A stretch of DNA of 64,000 bases from the NCBI GenBank assembly GCA_951406725.2, contig OX597824.1, positions 53,134,001 through 53,198,000 of the forward strand. Reading direction: 5' to 3'. The notes beneath the pieces are model-generated. The model was not told where the DNA came from and searched no databases. It was given only the letters and a program-made list of their open reading frames with translations. A program made the position numbers and the translations under genes. This DNA comes from Octopus vulgaris (taxonomy: Eukaryota). Shown in pieces: positions 12,911 to 24,325 of this stretch. Position 1 is the first letter of the stretch; each line of letters opens with the position of its first letter.

Positions 12911-14066
12911 TTAGGTTGTTTCCCATGAAATGTCATATTTGAAAGGTAACAATAAAATGTTTCAGAAGTGTTAGAGAACTGATTTATTTAATCAAAGTAT
13001 GGTCCATGTTCATTGATGACGTTTAGCCAACGTTTATCTATGTCATATATTCCATCTTTAAAAACAAAATTCATCTTTTGCTGTGATAAACTGTCCGAAT
13101 GCTTCAGTTACCTCTTCTCTATTTAAGAATGTTTTATTGTATATGAAATGCTCAAAATACTTAAATAAGTGATGACCAATCCCATAATTCAGGCTTTGCA
13201 ACTTTTGGACCGTAGCTTGAGGAGTGTGAGGACGTACATTGTCGTGGAGCAAAATTCTATTCACTAGGCTGGGTTGCTTCTTTTCAAATTCTTATGCATA
13301 CAATCAATTTCCTGGCAATACGATGTTGCTGTTACCATTTTTCCTTGATGCAAAAATGAATAATGAATAACTCCCTTCGCAGACACCATACAGTGACCAC
13401 TGACATTTTAGGGTGCAATGATGGGTTTGGATAGTACTTAGGTGACTCTCCTGCATCTCATTACAAGCAATGATTTCATGCAAAAATGGTCTTTTTCCAG
13501 TCGAGAAAGCAACGAGGAACACACTTCGAGGTGTTTGTTCTTTTGAATGTCATTCAGTTGATGTGTAACAAACCTATCTGTTTTCTTGACAGTTCCAATT
13601 TTTTACAGGTGTCCCAAAACATTTGTGCGAGATGCTTGGAGTTCTGATGAAAGTTTCCGAACCTTTGTTCTCGAATTTTGTTCAATCAAAGCATTTAATC
13701 TATCATGCCGAATAAGTGATTTTGGCCTACCCCTTGATTTATTTTCAAGGCTATCATCTCCTGGAAGAGAGCTTTGGAACCATCTCTGAACAGTTCTGAT
13801 GTCAACAAAACCATTACGAAAGGCCCGCTTGATATTCCGTAGAGCTTTGTGATAGAGTGACACAGTTTGTACTCATACAAGAAAATCACTCAACATAGTT
13901 TGGTTGTTATCATTTCCATAAGGTCTGTGGGTACGAATTTTATATACCAATATTGTTGAGAAAGAAAAAAGAGTCCAGATTAAATGGAAGGTATGCATAA
14001 TTGTGTTTTTAAATGTTTGAATTAACAAGTAAATAAAAATGCGACATTTCATGTGAAACGACCATA
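12911..14066 (-). mobile_element. Mariner DNA transposon with decayed transposase
   Basis: About 28-bp TIRs (ggttgtttcccatgaaatgtc / gacatttcatgtgaaacgacc) flanked by TA; fragments RTVQRWFQ...LENKSRGRP (HTH) and LLHDNVRPHT...HLFKYFEHF (DDD domain). Confidence 0.88.
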
Positions 14067-15076
14067 TATGGTTGTTTCACATGAAATGTCGCATATATAT
14101 ATGTGTGTGTGTGTAAAGCTTTGTATAAGCTTTGTTGTGTTAGCTTATACAAAGCTTTACATTTTACTTTTGACAATCTTTTTCTAACAAAGTGAAACCG
14201 GTCAAGTCAATAAACATCTTTAAAATTGCATTTTCAAACCTCCTTTCGCACACACGCACACACACACATATGTGTGTGTGTGTATATATATATATGTATA
14301 TATATCTAAAACCACACGCTGGCTACTCGTTAAAATCTTAAATAGATTTTATCTTTATTGTGTGTATATTTATATATGCGCAAATATATGTACAGCTTTT
14401 ATTCTTCCTATTGAATTCAGAATCTTGTAGGAAATTTACCTCTGTGTGAAAATCAATTGAGGCTGCAATGAAGAAAACAAAACTGTTTTCTCGGAGGCTA
14501 TTTTCTTTTGTATTTCTTGTTTTACAAATTCGTTTATTTATTCATTTCTGGTACTATTATTTTCTTACGTTTTCCTCTTCCTATTTCTATATCGTATTAC
14601 ATCTAGATATTTGCACTCGTATTTTATTAACGAAACGGAATGCGAAGCAACATTAAAAAAATCAGGAAAGCAGAAACACAGATCTAATTTGAAAATGGTT
14701 TCAGAAATTTCTAGTGATTTTTTTTTTTTTTTTGTATTTTAAGTTTAAAAAGATTATTTCGAGAGACTCTGTCGACAAACATAAGGAGATTATTATTTAA
14801 CGTAAACTAACGTCTTACGTATTCCGTTTTAGAATAATTTTGATGAGTCTTTATAAAACAAGTGAAAAAATATTTAATATTTTAAGTATGATTAAATATA
14901 CTCTGAGAAAAATATCAGTTGATGACTAATACATTTATTCACTTATTTCCAGTTGAAGAGAAAGCCAGTCATTCTTTACCTAATTTGGCATCCTCGATGA
15001 AAGTAAATTCTCTAAGACATCTTTATTAAAAATATAATAATTCTTAGATATCGTCTGTATGCCAAATATTGATTTC

Positions 15077-15264
15077 AAATTTTGGGAAGTAGTTAAGTCG
15101 ATTACATTGACCCCAGTGTTCAATGGTACTTTTTATTAACCCCGAAAGGATTAAAAGTAAAAAAAAATCGATTTCGGTGGAATCTGAACTCAGACCGTAA
15201 AGACAGACAAAAAGTACTGGTAAAGCATATTGCCAGGCACGGTAACTATTTTGCCAACTCGCCG
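15077..15264 (-). mobile_element. SINE family A, diverged
   Basis: Reverse-complement similarity to 6365-6576. Confidence 0.7.
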
Positions 15265-15737
15265 ATTTTTGTATGCTGAATATTAGATAAATAAATGCCA
15301 TTGTAATAAATGCTTGCAACATTAAGAAGCTAAAATTATATTACATACAGCTTTAGAAAAAATATTAGTTGCCTAATTATATGATTTAAGGGAAAAAAAT
15401 GATAGTACTTTCCTATTATCGTCAAACAGTCAGTTTTTTTATTCACGGAGGATTAGTAAATAAATTATTTCATGGTACAGTTAAAATAGTTATCACATGG
15501 AACTGTTAAAATTTACTTGAAAAAGGCGCACAATTGAAAGGCAAAAATATCAAAGATTAAATATTTTCACCAAAAATTTCTTTCCCAGAAGGAAATAATC
15601 AACCAATTGTTTTCCTGTTTCTTTCACCATTAGCTAGTGATAACTATTCCGAAAGTCTGGCGATCAGTTATTACATTCGTCTCCTTTAATAAATAAGTAA
15701 AAATTGGCTAGCGATAATAGGAAAGTACCAAAGTAAT

Positions 15738-15926
15738 GTTGGTTTCACATTTTGCTACAAGGCCAGCAATTTCGGAGAAGAGTAAGTCAATTACATCGAC
15801 CCCAGTTTTCAAATGGTATTTATTTTATCGACCTCGAAAGTGTGAACGGTAAAGTCGATCTCAGAGGGATTTAAAATCAGAAGGTAAAGACGGCCTCTAA
15901 TGATTCTGGCAGTTCACCGCATTAAC
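15738..15926 (-). mobile_element. SINE family A with 12-bp TSD
   Basis: Flanked by taccaaagtaat at 15726-15737 and 15927-15938. Confidence 0.8.
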
Positions 15927-15956
15927 TACCAAAGTAATATTACTTCATGACAAATA

Positions 15957-16120
15957 AGGCGGCGAGCTGACAGAATCATTATCGCGCCAGGCAAAATGCT
16001 AAGCGGCATTTCGTCCGTTTTTAGGTTCTGAGGCCGACTTTTCCTTGAACACTGGGGTTGATGTAATTGACTTACTCCTCCCCCAAAATTGCAAACCTTG
16101 TACCAAAATGTGAAACCAAC
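15957..16120 (+). mobile_element. SINE family A, internally deleted, with about 18-bp TSD
   Basis: Flanked by attacttcatgacaaata (15939-15956) and attacttgatggcaaata (16121-16138). Confidence 0.8.
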
Positions 16121-16505
16121 ATTACTTGATGGCAAATATTTGTTTTTCACTTTACTGGCAGTAGTGATAGTGGTTCATACACATACCATAATGAGGACTG
16201 AGGGAATGCCCTCTTTTATATTTTTCTCTTTCTCGGTCTGTAAAACAACATGCTGTTGTACAGCTTGCTCATGTTTTCACCATGAGATGATTACAATTTA
16301 AAGCTAGATACAACCTAACAAAATAGAGTATAGTTACACAGAATTTAAGAATAAAGTGGTTGATGTAGAAAGCCAAGTCACGTTATTTATAATTACGTCC
16401 TTAAATAACGAGTCAAATCATTAACTAAATTATGAAATCTAGTAAAACTAGTTAAAGAGATACGCCTGAAATTTGAAATAATTAAATATTGATAAAAAGG
16501 ATAGG

Positions 16506-16676
16506 AATTTCGGGCGAAGAGTAAGACGATTCCAATGACTCCAGTGATCAACCGGTACTTGTTTTACGGACCCCAGAAGGTTGAAAGGGAAAGTTGACCT
16601 CGGGTGAATTTGAACACAGAACGTAAAGACCCACGAAATGCCGTCAAGTGTGTTAACGATTCTGCCAGCTCACCGC
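16506..16676 (-). mobile_element. SINE family A, diverged
   Basis: ccccagaaggttgaaagggaaagttgacctcgg...ttctgccagctcaccgc. Confidence 0.7.
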
Positions 16677-17340
16677 TTTAAATCACTTATATATTGAATG
16701 CACTATGTGGACTGAGACTGTTTTTTTTTTGCAATATGGTTTACATCTTATTGTCTTCATCTTATTGTTTATATCTTATTGTCTTCATCAGGGAATCTTA
16801 ATCTCACCGTAATTACGAGACTAGAGAAATGTATGGTTTTTCAGGAATTCAATGAATGATATAATTTCAAATCAATTCAACTGAGAATCTAATACCTAGC
16901 CCTAAAAACTATCTACATCTAAATTAATTGGTTTGTTAAGCGTTAAATATTTTTGTCATTGACACACCCACTCAGGAACATTGACTGAATAAACGCTAGA
17001 GTGGGGTACTCTGAATTTTGCCGGCTGTGAGAATCTGTGATAGAATATTATTCTATTAAAATAGAAAATCTAAATTGATGTTAGTAGTTTTATTGGATTT
17101 CAAAAAATAAATTATTTTGTTGAGTGAATTACGAGAACAAAAAAAAATATAAAACGTAATTTATGAAGTTTCTTTTCAAACACTGTCAAACAAAGAAAGA
17201 GAAGATTATTACCAAATAAGTACCTGAAGCTATGATGCAAATAGCAAACAGTTAATGTTTCATTACATTTCATCCTCATATTTTTAGGTATTTTTTAGTT
17301 ATTTTAGCGAATGTAACAATTAAAATTTCTCTCTCTCTCA

Positions 17341-17372
<32 letters not shown>

Positions 17373-17377
17373 TTATG

Positions 17378-17413
<36 letters not shown>

Positions 17414-19005
17414 CATACATACATATATACCTACATACATACATATGAGTCGAGTGTGTGTGTGTGTGTATCTCCAGGGTATAGTATTAACACTGCAGAC
17501 TGAAATACTCATGGTAAATACCCTCAAAGTTTTCATACTTAAGTTTATCTTTGTAACTGATTTTTTTTCTCTATTACGAAGTGAACATTTAGAAAATTTA
17601 AATATACGCATGAGCACAGTCTTTTAATGATTTTTTTAAAATGTTGTTTATGTTGGCTAATTTTATTGCTAAAGATTCATTATTTGAGAACTTTCATACT
17701 CTCCAATATATAATCAATAGACGATTCGCAGTAAGATATTGCCGGACAGTGAAAATAATTTGATTCGTAATCAATTTCTTAAACGATTCCATGTAAATAA
17801 TTTGCACTTCAACTTAACCTAACAAAATCAGTCTAGATTTCTGCACTTTCTATTCTTCAGAATTATCTACTTAGCCTTCTGCCTCTTAAACCTAAAAAAA
17901 AGAATTCATTTTCCTGTGAAATTATTTCATCTGCTATAACATTATTCCTCACTTTAAATTCACTTCCTGCTGAATATCTTAAAATGTCAAACTTGAGAAT
18001 TATTCCTGAATTTATGGTATTTTAAGGAATTTATGTCCTCAGTTTTCTTTAAAGATGTTTAAATTTACAGCTTCTGTAATTTACCATTGTACAGAAATCT
18101 AATGCTTTTATTTGTGTCAGAAAAAATATTCCAATATTAACATTTTTCGCAGTGGATATGGATCATGCCCTTTTTCACGTTTATATAGTATGAATTTGCA
18201 GTAACTACATAAAACCTCACATCCTTGTTTACAAGAATGCGCACACAATAAGATGAATATACCTAATGTGACTCAAATACTAAAATATTCATTGCTTTGG
18301 CAAACATTGCTTAGATGAACTAATTTCAGACATCAGATGCAAATGTTGCATTTATCGAACGAATAATATTGATTAGTTGTGAAGTTGTCTATAAAATCTC
18401 TCTATACCACATTTTAAAAAAGATAAAATAACTGCAACAACGATAGCAGCACGTGTGTGATAAACATAGATGACAATCAGAAATAGTAGGCATTGTAAAT
18501 AAATACTCTTTGAGAAAAATATTATTGTCTTTCGTGTAACACATCTTTCCGCAGTTCGTTCCTTTTGACCGAGCTGCAGACATGGGTCAAGCACAGGCCA
18601 AGATTGAATGTTTGGCATCTTAAAATGTTGCCAGGCACTCACAGCATTGTACCAACTGAACAAAGTCGTTAGCGGGAAAACTACTAAAGGTGGGGGAATC
18701 AATGGAGGATTTGAGTGACAATGGCCTGGGATTGATTGTGGGTATCGATGAGAACAGTGTGAATGGTCTCTTTGGAAAGACTTACTTGTTAGAGACTTCC
18801 AAAATTCCTTAGCATCACAGTGCTACCGGGGTCATTACTTCTTTGAAATAAGATCTTCAGACATGGAAAGCCAACAGCCGAACATGTCTGAGACGCGTAT
18901 AGGTAGACGAATCCATTCTGCATGCAATCATTCAGTATCTGTATATAAGTGACTTGTTGGCTTGTGTCGAGAGGTTTCTGTTTCGAATGTGATTACACCC
19001 TCAAC

Positions 19006-19222
19006 TACCGCGGGTGTTACATTCCAAAACACCCCGCGATAGGTGAAAATCCACGAAGCAGAAACAGTACTGTACTGTATTTTTTTATTTTATAATTTGT
19101 ATATATTTATTTTATTATAAATGCAAAACAACGCTACGGAGGAATCGGCATAAGCTTAAATAATAACCCGCGATAGGTGAACCGTGATAGGTGAAATGCG
19201 ATATGGCGAGTGATTACGGTAA
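19006..19222. mobile_element. MITE-like remnant (pogo/Tigger-like)
   Basis: Repeated ccccgcgataggtgaa motifs and an end reading gcgatatggcgagtgattacggta; part of the interior is duplicated at 19497-19557. Confidence 0.45.
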
Positions 19223-19924
19223 TCCGACTGTCTGTGGAATGTATAATGAAGACACACCACCTTCCTTTAGCAGACAAGTGAGGCGGATCTTTCACTATTT
19301 AATAGGTTGACCTATTTGGAAAGTTTGACCTGAGGCGGATCTTTCACTATTTAATAAGTTGACCTATTTGGAAAGTTTGAAGACGAACATTTTCCTATCA
19401 AGCTAACTCTCATCAATTTCTTCAAATATAATTTGAAGAGGAAGGTGGGGGTAGAGAAGAAGATGCTGCTGTCTAATGAGTTTATCGAAAGTATATATAT
19501 TTGTATATATTTATTTTATTATAAATGCAAAACAACGCTACGGAGGAACCGGCATAAATAATAACTGAATAGGCCAAATCTGAGTTTGATTTTCTAAGTA
19601 GTAGGAAAGAAACTGAAAGAAGGCACTCTCGTTTCCTTGAAAAAGGCAGAAATATCTAGGACTTTTTATGGAGGTTTCTACGAATTATTCTTGGTGGACT
19701 GCCCCCCCCCACCCAGTTTTCATTTGCTATAACATTACTCTTCACTTTAAATTCACTTATTTTTTAATGTTTTTACATCTTTGTTGTTGTTGTGTGTCCC
19801 CACATTTTAATCGATGTAAACCCTACTATATTGGGTGTAGTGTTTCGTCTTTTGATGTAGTCCTAAATATCTTGGTCGCTTGTAAACAAAAAAGAAATTA
19901 TTATATTGGTGTTGTTGTTATGAA

Positions 19925-20136
19925 GATTGTGTGATTGAAAGAATCGCTAGAGCGTCGGTCAAAATGATTTTGCCGTATATCTTCAGGCTTTGAGTTCAAT
20001 TCCTGCCGATATCAACCTTCTTTCTCATTCTTTCGGCTTTGATAATATTAAGTAAAGTTTAAGTATTGGATCGATATTATCGACTAACCATTTCTCTCAG
20101 TATTGCTGGACTTATGCCTAAATTAGAAAGTGCAAC

Positions 20137-20172
<36 letters not shown>

Positions 20173-20357
20173 AAATGGGGGTGAATTCGCAGAGTCGTTA
20201 AAGCTTTAGGAAAAATGCTTTGCAACATAACCTGAGTATCAAATACAGCCACGTCTTTTGGAATCAATAAAACAGTACCAATCAAATATTGATGTCGTTG
20301 TAATCGACTTTTCCCCTCCCCAAAAGATTTATGGACATGTGCCAAAAATAGAAAGAA
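19925..20357 (+). mobile_element. Two diverged SINE family A copies separated by (TAG)n
   Basis: gagttcaattcctgccg...ttctcattctttcggctttgataat and a second head/tail ending aaaatagaaagaattatt. Confidence 0.55.
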
Positions 20358-20360
20358 TTA

Positions 20361-20407
<47 letters not shown>

Positions 20408-20410
<3 letters not shown>

Positions 20411-22959
20411 TAGTTTTATTTTTATAGCGTGCTTTCACTTCACTACCGAGCGCAGCTCTGTGTGCCTTGGGTATGTGCTGTGATTTGTTGTGATGCTCTG
20501 ATGGTTATTGTATGGAAAGTGTTCTGCGTAGGATGTGTGCAGTGCCTAGTAGTGCAATTTTCTGTATGTTATATGTGTTTGTAAGTCCTGGTGTTTTTGT
20601 TATGTATTTGTCTGAATATTTTTTTATCATGCCTAATGCACCTACTATGATTGGAATTGTTTCTGTTTTCAGATTCCACATTCTAGTTACCTCTATTCCC
20701 AGGTCTTTGTATTTTGAGAGTTTCTCCATTTCTTTTAGAGACACGTTGTCATCAGCCGGTATTGATACATCAATTAGAAAGCATTTTTTTCTTCATGGTC
20801 TCTGACAACTATATCTGGTCTGTTGGCCTTAATTTCTCTGTCTGTGTGTATCGGCATATCCCAGAGTATGGTTGCTTTCTCGTTATCTGTGACCTTTTCT
20901 GGTGTGTGCCTATACCATCTTTTTTCTGTTGTTATTCCATAATGTTGGCATAGCTTCCAATGTATGTAGGTTCCAACTCTGTCATGTCTGTGAATATATT
21001 CCTTCTTAGCCAGGACTGGGCAGCTAGAGATAATATGATTTATTGTTTCTTGTCCATCTCCACATATTCTGCAGTTACTTGTAATATTTCTTTTCATTAC
21101 ATGTTTTTGGTAATTTCTGGTGGGGAGGCTTTGGTCTTGTGCTGCAATTAAAAATCCCTCTGTTTCTGCTTTGAGTCCTGAGCTTCTCAACCATTGCTGG
21201 GATTTTTCTTTGTCTATTTCTTTTGCGTTTAGTTTAGTCAGTATTTACCATGAAGGGGCTTTTCTTGCCATCGTTTTATCATGGTTCGTTGCTGTTCTAT
21301 TTTTAGTTTGGATTTCATTTGTTTTATAGCTTTTGTTGTTTCTCCATCTTCTTCTTCTTCTTCATGTTTATTAGGTGGTATGATTTCTTGTTTGTATTTG
21401 TCAGCTTCCTTAAATACTGAGAACAGTTTTTTGTTTTGCTCGTGTTTTGCCGCTATCTGGATCAGTTTTCCTTCCTTCTGAAGTAGATATTTTTGCAGTC
21501 CTATGGTGGTTATTTTATAGTAGTTTTCCAGCTGTATAAGGCCTCTACCACCTTCTATACGTTATATATATAGTCTTTCTATGTCAGATTTTGGGTGATG
21601 CATCCTAGATCCTGTAATTACTTTTCTTGTTTTCCTATCTATTTTGGTCAGTTCATTCCGTGTCCAGTTAAGGATATTGTAGCTGTAACTTATAACTGGG
21701 ACAGCTAAAGTGTTGATACCTATTATCTTGTTTTTAGCATTGAGCTCTGTGTTTAGTATTGATCTAACTCGTCTATAATATTCTTTTTTTATTTTCTCTT
21801 TCATTTGTGTGTGTTGTGTCTTATCTAGTTCATGGATTCCTAAGTATTTGTAAGTTTGGCTTTGGTCTAATTCTCTTATTTCATTGGTTTTATCTAGTGT
21901 GATGTTGTTACTCTTAACTAGTTTTCTCTTTTCATGGTTACTTTGGCGCATTTTTCTAATCCAAATTTCATATCTATTTCTTTGGTAAATCCATGAACTG
22001 TCTTTAATAGTGTTTCCAGCTGTTTGTCATTTGCAGCGTATAGTTTTAGGTCATCCATATATAAAAGGTGGCTGATCGTTTTGCCGTAACATTTATATCC
22101 GCATCCAGTTCTATTTAGCATATCAGATAGAGGTGACAGTGCCAAGCAGAAAAGGAGTGGAGAGAGCGTGTCTCCCTGGAATATTCCTCTTCTAATGGGG
22201 ATGGCTTTGGTTTTCATGAGTCCCTCTTTTGTTTGGAGCTGTAGGACTGTTTGCCATTTATTCATAGAGTGTCCTATGTATTTTATGATTGTTGGTGCTA
22301 CTTTGTTAATGGCTAGTGTTTCGAGGATCCATGTGTGGGGGATGCTATCAAACGCCTTTTTGTAGTCAATCCAGGCCATACTGAGGCCTTTCTTCTTTCT
22401 GTGGCTGTCTTCAGTTATGGCTTTATTAATCATTAGTTGATCTTTACAGCCATATGAGCCTTTGCGGCATCCTTTCTGCTCTTCTGGGAACAGTTTGTTT
22501 TCGTCCAGGTGCTTGTTCAGCCTTTGTGATATCACTGCAGTAAATGCCTTGAACATAGTAGGGAGGCAGGTTATAGGTCTGTAGTTTTCTGGTTTTTCTG
22601 TTTCATTTGATTTGGGAATTAAGATGGTTTTCCCCTTCGTGAGCCATTCAGGCATTGTCTCTGGCTCTGCTAGTACGTTGTTAAAGTTTTCAGCCAGCTT
22701 TTTGTGCATTCCTGTTAGATATTTCAACCAGAAGTTGGGGATCTTGTCATGCCCAGGTGCCTTCCAGTTGCTTAGTCTTTGCAGTGCCTGGGTGACCTCT
22801 TCAGTTGTTATGGTGGTCCAAAGTTGTTCAGATGCCGAGTTTGTTATTTTGATACTCCTTTTTTTGGTGGTTCGTTCGCCGACCATATTTCTCTCCAGAA
22901 TTCTTCCAATTCTTCTGCCGTTGGTGCTGCAGTGACTTCTATTTTATTTTTTTGGCCCA

Positions 22960-22960
<1 letters not shown>
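20408..22960 (-). mobile_element. R4/Dong-clade RLE non-LTR retrotransposon, 5'-truncated and frameshifted
   Basis: RT motifs WIDYKKAFDS, GIFQGDTLSP and LLYMDDLK; CCHC knuckle CRICGDGQETINHIISSC; RHD motif; PD-(D/E)xK nuclease RPDIVV...EKLSKY; (TTA)n on both sides. Confidence 0.92.
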
Positions 22961-23031
<71 letters not shown>

Positions 23032-23197
23032 TATATTTAAAGGATTGATGTTACTCCTCCAGAAAGTAAAGAAACAATAAGAAGAGTGCAACTGTTATTA
23101 AATGAACGATATTTCGACATCTCGTTTCTTTACTTGTGGAGGAGTAACATCAATCCTTTAAATATTACCAAAAGGAAGTAGATTGAGATGTTTATTT

Positions 23198-23238
23198 TGA
23201 ACTTGTGGAAGACACACGAGATGTCGAAATATTGTTCA
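23198..23238 (+). ncRNA. Hammerhead-like motif with degenerate core, inside a fold-back element
   Basis: Stem I tgaac/gttca, core ttgtgga-a, stem II gaca/tgtc, GAAA, short stem III; the inverted copy reads gaaatatc (AUC site). Confidence 0.5.
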
Positions 23239-23274
23239 TCCGATAACAATCGCACTCTTCTTGTTATTTCCATC

Positions 23275-23344
<70 letters not shown>

Positions 23345-23542
23345 AGGCGGCGAACTTGTAGAATCGTTAGCATGTTGGAGGAATTGCTTAGCGGTATTTT
23401 GCTCGTCGCTACGTTCTGAGTTCAAATTCCACCGATGTTGATTGTGCCGTTCATCATTTCGAAGTCGATAAATTAAGTACCAGTTGTATACTGAGTCGAT
23501 CTAATACCCTAAATTTCATGCCCTGTGCCTATAGTAGAAAGA

Positions 23543-23547
<5 letters not shown>
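23345..23547 (+). mobile_element. Full-length SINE family A
   Basis: aaggcggcgaacttgtagaatcgttagc...gagttcaaattcc...gtcgataaattaagtaccag...gtagaaaga followed by (ATT)n. Confidence 0.8.
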
Positions 23548-23605
<58 letters not shown>

Positions 23606-24137
23606 GAGGGAGAGAGAGAGCAGTGCATGTAATCAATCCCAATATACCCATCATGACTACCTGTCTGATAAGGGTACACCAGGCACATGCATCACAACCA
23701 TATGTGCGCAGCATGGTAATCTCATATCAAGATAAACAGTGCATGACCTTGCAGGTGGGGTCCCAGTTGGAATTTTCTTCAGGTCGAGTAGCACATCCTA
23801 CTCAAAAGGTCCTTGAATAAGGGTTTATTAAGGATGTTACACGAAACACCCATGTTTCCAGAGATGAATTATTCAAACGCCAAAGAATTCCTCTCCACAC
23901 ATAGCTATGGTACTCCCCAACTACCTCTGCTCGTGATCAAAGATGCACCTATTGTCAGCCACCAAAGGACATACTTAACTGGTTATGGTCAAACAATTGA
24001 CAAGAAAATCTGTGGTATTGAGCAGAATATTTGATGTAGCGCATCTTTTACACCAAGACAAAGCATGTACATAATAACACTTTCAATCATTTAAGATCAG
24101 AAGTCTTGAGAGCCACTGCTTGATATTGCGTCAGGGC
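23606..24137 (-). mobile_element. About 530-bp non-coding interspersed repeat in (TTA)n, copy 1
   Basis: Colinear homolog at 27551-28080; both begin gagagagagca right after (TTA)n; strand inferred from the shared end. Confidence 0.75.
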
Positions 24138-24158
24138 ATTTCAAACAACTGACAAGCA

Positions 24159-24299
<141 letters not shown>

Positions 24300-24325
24300 G
24301 TTATTATTATTATCATCATCATCAT

